This document shows, piece by piece, positions 55,814 through 64,000 of a stretch of DNA of 64,000 nt. The stretch spans positions 104,842,001-104,906,000 of the forward strand of contig OX597814.1 of the NCBI GenBank assembly GCA_951406725.2. The letters are read 5' to 3'. Each line of letters opens with the position of its first letter. Position 1 is the stretch's first letter. The translations under genes were made by a program, and so were the position numbers. The notes under the pieces are model-generated. The model was not told where the DNA came from. It saw only the letters and a list, made by a program, of their open reading frames with translations, and ran no database searches. This DNA is from Octopus vulgaris (lineage: Eukaryota).

Positions 55814-56465
55814 TCGAAAGTTTCTGTTTTGATCGACTATTTTCAAAGTACTAAATGTGTTGGAACATGACTATTTCCTTTCCCACTTATCTTCAGCATC
55901 TTCTGAGCAACTCGTTTTTCCAAAGAAAATATAATTTCGTTCCATGTTTCCAATCTTCATGCCAGCTCTTATATTGTGCCAATATTCTACTGATATTCTA
56001 CTAAGGTTTCTGCCAGAACCCTATCGCCTCTAATCTTTACTTTCTATATGACATCCCCCACACACACACACTTCAGTCACATATACTTTTATCAGGTGAT
56101 CTCTGATTGGAACCCATTACATGTCCTACGGCAAATTCTTTATTTTTTTTTAATCTTTTGTTACTTTATTATTTTTTCATTTATTTATTTTCAAATGGAA
56201 TGATTTCCATTTTTCAAAAATATAAAAATATTCAAAATTTTATATAAAAATAAAAAAAAATTACATACTCTCAAACTTGATTTTTTGAATGCTTGTTCTA
56301 TATACACGTGTGTGTGTGTGTGTGTGTGTATTGCATATGTGAACAGCAGATTCTATGATTTGACGTAAATAATCGTGTCTGTGTGTCAGTGTGTATATTT
56401 GTGTGTGCAACTCTATTGGCATTACATTTTATTTGATGTGATTTTGAAGGGAGAAGGATACAGAA

Positions 56466-56496
<31 letters not shown>

Positions 56497-56903
56497 TTCT
56501 CTCTATCTTCATCTCTCTCTTTCTCTCTCTCTTCATCTCTCTCTTTCTCTTACTCTCTCTCTCAATCTCTGTATCCAGACTTGTTGCTTGTCCTGAACTC
56601 GAATTAAGACACAGCATCGTAATACAACATTACCGTGTACTCATCCTATTAGACACACATATTCTCCACCCAACACATATAAAAAAAGAGAGAAAATGGT
56701 AAATTAATAAAAGAAAAAAGTTTTTAAAAAATCTTTTTCTGATATGTCTCACGCTTGCAGAGCCGCAAAATTCTACATAACTTTTCCATTTTCGATTTCG
56801 AAAATTATTTTCAATTTGTCAAAACATTTTTTGACCAAAATCCTAATGACAGCTTTTCAACCATACAGCACACACAAATGTGCACAGTCACACACACGCA
56901 TAG

Positions 56904-56938
<35 letters not shown>

Positions 56939-57370
56939 CACGCACAGACACACACACACATCACACACACACACGCGCAGGCACGCACACACACACACAT
57001 TCACACACGAACACACACACACACGCACGCACGCACGCACACGCGCTCAGACGCACACATACATATACACACATACACACACATACAAACACGCACTTAC
57101 ACACACAGAATCACACATGCACCACATTGAAAACTCAGAAAAACAAATGATAAAAATTGAAATTTGGGGGCTGAGCAATATTATTAAAAATGAAATGATA
57201 TTTTTTTCTTTGTCAATTTTCCCGTCGAAAACATAAAAAGCTGAACAAATTATCGAAAGACAAAATTTTAATAACTAAAGCATTTTAACCAGTTATAATG
57301 GTCGGCTTCGTTCAGAATATTGTGATTTACTCTTTGAGACTGTCTTTGGTAAGAACTGCATTCTATAATA

Positions 57371-57793
57371 GAATGCTTCTCAACAGAAGTCCAGATGACT
57401 CCTCGAGGTCTATATGACCTTTGGGGGTCCAAATAATATTCTGGTTATACTTCTATAATACACAAAATATTTTAACCATTCTTTATAGAAATCCTAATAA
57501 TATTCAATTATCAAGATACAAGAGAAATTTTGAATCATCAGGTGATTATCAGGGTCCACTCAAGTAGCTTTCACTTTATTAATTTACCTTTCTCTCTCAT
57601 TTTGGTGGTGGTGGTGTATGTGGGGGGGGGTGTATTGTGTGTGGGGGCGGAATATGTGCCTACAAAAGGACACCAACACCGAAATATTGTATTTTGGGGC
57701 CTGTGTGTTGATTCGGGTTCGGAAGAAGAAGCAGCAACTTTGGATAGGAATGAAAGGGGTCCACAGGTAAAAAAAATGGTTGGGAAACACATG
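57371..57793. mobile_element. Old hAT/Charlie-like MITE
   Basis: Ends resemble CAGTGGTTCTCAAC / GTTGAGAACCACTG; repeated subterminal GGGGTCCA motifs. Confidence 0.4.
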
Positions 57794-57963
57794 TGTAGTA
57801 CATACACTTGTTCAAACTCTTCTCTGGTTAGTAGAAAAGTGGCGATATCTTCGGAGAATTTCTGATGATGTGGTTGACATCTTTAGTGTTCATTCTATTG
57901 ACTTTTTCTTGTCGGTTGGAGCACCTACTTTGTTTTATATGTGTGTATGTGGTTGTGTATATA

Positions 57964-58048
<85 letters not shown>

Positions 58049-58536
58049 GTATATATGTATATATATATGTATATGTATGCATATATATATATATATCTGT
58101 ATGTATGTACGCTTGTATTTATGTATGTAAATATGTATATATGCATATATTTATGCATGCATGCATACATGCATTTCTGTATGTATGTAGGTATGTCAAT
58201 TGGAGAGAAGACACAAACGTAAACAAAAATGTAAGCAAGTAGACATTGTTGGCTGGCATGATGTGGTGGGGTTGAGAGTAAAGTGTTTCGATGGAAGATC
58301 TTTAAATATATGCATGTATGTATGTGTGTATGTATGTATGTATGTATGTATGTATGTATGTATGCATGTATGTATGTATGTATATGTGTGTGCGTGAGTG
58401 TGTGTACTTTAACAGCACGGCGTCTGTGAAATAATGGCTGTATTCCGAGAGCAGCCATAGATTTTGTTGCTTCACGCTCCGTTGCCTGCCGTCTGAAATT
58501 GGTAGAGCTCCATTACAGACACGCGATAGCAATACT

Positions 58537-58604
<68 letters not shown>

Positions 58605-58840
58605 GCATGCACGCACACATACGGCCCCCATCACCACTACACACAATGATGTCGGAAATAGATCCATCCTCTCAATTGTTTGTAACAAATAATTTGAAAT
58701 GAAATCAGTGGTCTTAATAGCGTCAGAAACTAATCGTCGTGGAAACATAACCACAGTACGGACAAGAACAAGGCATAGAAATAACAGCAACAGCTACAAC
58801 AACAACATCTAGCCAAATAAAATATTAAAAAAAACTATCT

Positions 58841-59073
58841 CTATTTCTTTACTACCCACAAAGGGCTAAACACAGAGAGGACAAACAAGGACATACAAAA
58901 CGGATTAAGTCGATTATATCGACCCCAGTGCGTAACTGGTTCTTATTTAATCGACCTCGAAAGGATGAAAGGGAAAATCGACCTCGGCGGAATTTGAACT
59001 CAGAACGTAACGGTAGACGAAATACCGCAAAGCATTTCGCCCGGCGTGCTAACCTTTCTGCCAGCTCGTTGCC
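58841..59073 (-). mobile_element. SINE family B, full length
   Basis: Reverse complement of 50291-50522; possible decayed TSD AAATAT..AAAA.AACT. Confidence 0.92.
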
Positions 59074-59163
59074 TTCAAATATAAAAAATAACTTCAGTTC
59101 CTCAGTCGTCAATCACAGTAAAACATTCACTACCATCCCCACTACCATCAAAGCACCTATTTC

Positions 59164-59195
<32 letters not shown>

Positions 59196-59454
59196 CCACC
59201 ACCACCACCAACACCACCAACACCACCACCACCACCACCACCATCACCACCACCACCGCCGCCTCCACCGCCACTACCGTCAATATCATCTCGTTCACCT
59301 GTAACTCCGAACCCACCACCATCACCTCCTTCTCTATTCCGCCATCACCTTGCATGCTACATTCCCCATCAGAAAAGACCTTCCAATTGTTTTCTCGACA
59401 ATCAGGATTACTCTTAATATTGTCACTTATAACACTACACCACCAGCAGTGATT

Positions 59455-59752
59455 TATTTATGCGCCCTTTTCAAGCGTAACCAGGCTCATGTGCCCGGTT
59501 TCCCGGATTCCGTGGCGTATGTGTTCCTCCCAGCTGGACGGGACGGCAGTCCATCGCAGCGTTACTCAAGAAACTGGAAGAAAGAGTGAGAGAAAGAGTA
59601 CAACAGGGGTCGCCATCACCCCCTGCCGGAGCCTTGTGGAGATTTTAGGTGTTTCGCTCAATGAACTCACACAACGCCCGGTCTGGGAATCGAAACCGCG
59701 ATCCTCCAACCGCAAATCCGCTGCCCTAACCATTGGATCGTTGCGCCTCCAC
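59455..59752 (-). mobile_element. SINE family D, tail type 2
   Basis: Head and body as 29213-29390; tail contains CTGCGATGGACTGCCGTCCCGTCCAG. Confidence 0.85.
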
Positions 59753-60595
59753 TTGTAGTGATACCACGATAATTATCATCATCAGCTCTACCGCCAAAAT
59801 CGAAAGACCCAACACCTACCTCATCATCGTCATCATCATCGCTGTCATCGCCGTCATCGTCGTCGTTGTTTTTCTGTAACTTACGGGATTTCCAAAGGAA
59901 GGTAAAGTGTATTAGATGCTGTAGAAGCGTATGAAGGTGTCGAGTAGCGAACCCTGGTGATTATGGAGATTCTTCGAGCGGTAGAAACAAGATGATGGCA
60001 GTAAATGAATGGGAAAGGATAATCGTTATCTAGAAAGAGATAATATGAGCGGATATGGAGGATTCTACGTTTTTTGGAGAAGAATGTTCAGAGAGAAGTT
60101 CCATTGCAGAATATGGTTTAGAGATCTGATACAGCTTAATGGCTGAGCAGGGAGAATTAATGCTGCAGCATGGAGGATTAATGGCTGAACATAAAGGATT
60201 TTGTGTGCTAGAGATGAATATCTCGTTTGCCTGGAAAATGGAAAACACTTTGAACATATTCATTCGACTGGAGTCCTATGAGTTTAAGCAAGGGTTGGAT
60301 AAACTCCTGAAATGATTATGAGCATCAAGGGTGCCGAAGTATTTGTGAATTTGATGCGGAAGAGGCGTGGGTAAATGAAGGCTGAAACTCACTAATTTCC
60401 AGCCAGGTATCGATGCAAAATTAACGCAAATATTCACCAAACAAATATTTCATTTTAAATATTCTGACCTTAATCAATATAATATGATTGAATTTTATTG
60501 TTCTTTATCAATTTCATTGGATATTTTCATAAAATCTCTTTAAATATTTCTTATTCAAAAGTTGTCCTGACAGGAAAGAAATTCATTTATCTTCG

Positions 60596-60990
60596 ACTTA
60601 TTTCAGTAATTAGACTGCGGCCATGCTGGAGCACCGCCTTGGAGGATTGCAGCCAAGCGAGTCGACCCCAGTAATTATTTTCTTTCTTTTTTAAAAGCCT
60701 GATAGCTTGATACTTATTCTATCGCTCTCTAAGTTACGGGGATGTAAACATGCCAGCACCGGTTGTCAAACAGTAGTAGGGGACATAGACAGACACAAAG
60801 ACACACTCACACATAAACACTCCCATATACATGCACGATGGTCTTCTATCAGTTTCCGTCTACCAAATCAACTCACAAGGCTTTAGTCGGCCTCAGGGTA
60901 TAGTGAAGACATTAGCTCAAGCTGCTACACAGTGGCACTGAACCCGGAATCGTGTGGTTGGGAAGCAAGCTTCTTACCACACAACCACGC
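60596..60990 (-). mobile_element. SINE family A, full length
   Basis: Collinear with 3452-3846. Confidence 0.9.
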
Positions 60991-61801
60991 TTGTTTATTA
61001 ATTATAGTTTTTAATTTTACTTTAAAAATTTTCTTGACATGTAGAGGGGTCGATAAGTTATCAACAATTCTATGAAGTGGCCAATTATATCAGAAATTTG
61101 CCGAACCTAGATCAAGAAGATTGATCGCTTTCGTACTTAATATACTGTGGTAAAAAAAAACAAAACATGTATCTACGACTCAAGATTTTCCACTAACAAC
61201 CAATTTAGTATTTGTAAAGACCTCAACGAGAGGCCTGTGACTGCCTTTGAATCTATAAATTTGGCGTTAGCTGAGATTCTCACCGAATATTTCTTAATGA
61301 GGCTTAACCTCATCAACAGAAGCATGTACTGTTGTATTTCATTCACATGAAGGGCGATATTTTGCCTAATCACTGCTCTTATTTGCGTTGTATCAATTGT
61401 AATGATTCCAGTTGTAAAACTCTAGTCTGTGATTGACATGAATAATACCTCATAAGCAACATCTTCTCCAACTGTGATGTCCATTCGTTTCTCTTGAATC
61501 AGATATAAAGTTTTCTGCTAGCTTTGAAAACATACACAGTCCTCGTGTTATCCGAAATTTAGCGACACACTTTATCTCTCTGCTGTATAATATACTTATT
61601 GTCCTTTATTTTCTATCTAGCATACACCAGTGATTGTTAATTATTGGGTATTTCCTGACTATATTCAATCTACACGAAATCCATGTGAAATTTCCTTCTT
61701 AGAATTGGTGTCTGAATTCCTGTTCCGTTTTTAGAAACACCATTTTATAAATATAAAGTCGAACTAAAAACTGTCTCATATTGTCATTAATAACATCGCA
61801 A

Positions 61802-62135
61802 GCAAGAGAACTCAGAGAGCGCAAACCTCCGCCAAGGCAACATCAACGTCCTGAAATAAACTCAACTGCTCTCACAAACGAGAATACTAAAAATGAACCC
61901 AACCCCTCTCAAAAAGTTAAGTAAAAGAAAATAACAGAAAAATAATTCAGAATCGTTGTTCGGTATCGGATTGATCCCGAAATCTAATCACTTCGTGCCA
62001 GTCACAAGGCCAAACATCCCTGAAATTTTCATCTGAATCCATCGAGCGGTTCTTGATATATTTTGTCCACGGACAAACAAGTAAACGTAACTGAAAACAC
62101 TACCTTCTTCTTCACTAAAGGTGGGTGGGGTAATT
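61802..62135 (-). mobile_element. Helentron-associated (HINE/DINE-like) non-autonomous element
   Basis: Terminal CAAGAGAACTCAGAGAGCGC hairpin, subterminal ACCTCCGCC with a degenerate GGTGGGGT partner, AAATTTTCATC..AATCC core. Confidence 0.6.
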
Positions 62136-62140
62136 AACAT

Positions 62141-62349
62141 GGTGAGCTGGCAGAATCGCTAGCACGCGAAGCAAAATTCTTAGTAGCACTTCCTCCGTCA
62201 TTACGTTCTGAGTTCGGATTCTGTTGAGGTCGATTTTACCTTTCACCCTTTCGGGGTTGATAAAATAAATACTAGTCAAGCACTGGGGTCGATGTAAACC
62301 ATTTACCCCTCCCTCTAAGTTGCTGGCCTCGTGCCAAAATTTGTAACCA
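62141..62349 (+). mobile_element. SINE family B variant
   Basis: GGTGAGCTGGCAGAATCGCTAGC..TTACGTTCTGAGTTC. Confidence 0.85.
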
Positions 62350-62656
62350 TCCATATTACAAGTTATTAATTTCCCCCTCATCTTAATTATAAAATTTAAT
62401 TTTTCATTTCTGCTTTCTAAAACGTCTCTTTAAATCTTTCCTGTGTATGAATATATAAAACTTGTTGATGCATAAATATTTGTCAATACTTGAAAGACTC
62501 CATAAGTTAGGAACCAGGCTTTCATCTCTCTCAAGCAAACGCCCATCATTAATAGTTTAAAGCAATCTTCAAACGCACCCATTTAATGAGTAAACGTGTA
62601 CGTCTACGCATCAGACGACATATAACTGGTCTTATATATTTAACTATATATGTATA

Positions 62657-62752
<96 letters not shown>

Positions 62753-62757
62753 ATATG

Positions 62758-62813
<56 letters not shown>

Positions 62814-63371
62814 AAATATCTATCTATCTATCAATCTATCTATCTATCTATCTATCTATATATCTATATATATATCTATACATTAATATATATTTTTTCT
62901 TGTTAGTTATTTCAAACACACGTAGATATTGAAATCATACGTGCATACGTGTACATAGATCTATGGGTGTATGTTTGTGTTGTTAAAAGAGTGATATATG
63001 AAATCAACGAACATTGATTACATGAAATTTTTAGTAAATGGGAAGAATAAAATATAATTTTAAAGAACTCGCTATTAGTAACATAATCATTAGCATAACC
63101 TATATATATACATATACACACATACATACCTCTCTCTCAACACACACGCACACACACATACACACACGCACAATTTAATATACACCGCATTAAAATAAGA
63201 ACTACTAATAATTTCTTATCATTGAGCTACGTGGCCAGGTAGACATTTATAACCACGTTCATCTTGGTAAGAAACTACTAATAGCTCTTATTTTAATTTA
63301 CCGTACTCCCACCGGATGGAGTACGTTTTTGTTGATCTTTCCTTAGCAGGACAGTAAACTAATATATACAT

Positions 63372-63451
<80 letters not shown>

Positions 63452-63454
63452 GTA

Positions 63455-63494
<40 letters not shown>

Positions 63495-63495
<1 letters not shown>

Positions 63496-63689
63496 TTTAT
63501 TAATACAGGTGCAAAGACATCACAAAAACAGTTACTCAGGGTTTCATATTCTTGTTCGCCGGACGACGAACGAGGAACGCGAAGCAGTTTTTGTGACGTC
63601 TTTGCAGTTGTATTAATAAAGCATATTACTCTAGCTCCGGTATTCGAGTACTATTTTTTCCACCTTGTTTCACGTTTGTATGCTTACTC

Positions 63690-63700
<11 letters not shown>
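63495..63700. mobile_element. Short inverted-repeat element with hammerhead relics (Penelope-like terminal repeat)
   Basis: 35-bp arms 63495-63529 / 63587-63621 (3 mismatches); minus strand GT-CCGGCGA..GAAAC-CCTGA-GTA-AC. Confidence 0.6.
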
Positions 63701-63769
<69 letters not shown>

Positions 63770-63939
63770 CTGCAATTCCTTGCTGAACACTCTGTACAGA
63801 TGATGTGTTTATAATGATGGAAATGTTAGTGTTGCACATAAGCTCCCTCTCTTGATCGATGTTGATTGTTCCAAGTGTACGCAATGCCACACATCAAATG
63901 CCTAAATGAACGAAGTGATCGAAGAACAATTTGAGATGA

Positions 63940-64000
63940 ATTGCTTTTAGTGCTTTGCTCACGAACACAACGCACTACCTGGCTTGGAAATCGAACCATG
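63940..64000 (-). mobile_element. SINE head fragment (family C/D type), cut by the window edge
   Basis: TTGCTCACGAACACAACGC..GGAAATCGAACC (B-box on the minus strand). Confidence 0.55.

Noticed and set aside
57391-57444. CCAGATGA plus hairpin plus CAAA as a hammerhead
   Set aside because: Both cores are mismatched, and the hairpin is better explained by the repeated GGGGTCC motifs of a MITE end.
59900-60330. Old CR1-like 3' end (FKQGLDKLL)
   Set aside because: One short motif only; too weak to call.

Overview
AT-rich, microsatellite-saturated eukaryotic intronic or intergenic DNA. The SINE families and repeat texture point to an octopus (coleoid cephalopod); this is recognition, not a database result. 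I find no intact host gene, and most listed ORFs are artefacts of (TA)n, (CA)n, (TATG)n, (GA)n and (AAT)n repeats. The window holds decayed mobile elements: four tRNA-derived SINE families; RTE, CR1-group, R4/Dong-type and L1/Tx1-like LINE pieces; a Penelope-like GIY-YIG remnant; mariner and Chapaev3-like transposons; a Helitron; a Helentron-type element; and hAT-like MITEs. The main signal is about a dozen type I hammerhead-ribozyme motifs, intact to degenerate, in unrelated short elements. Several carry greatly extended stem II hairpins or sit in outward-facing inverted repeats. The best example (37382-37868) is a tRNA-headed, SINE-like unit with a hammerhead in each inverted arm and a 15-bp target-site duplication, suggesting a Penelope-mobilised, ribozyme-bearing SINE/retrozyme system. 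All alignments and folds were done by eye.
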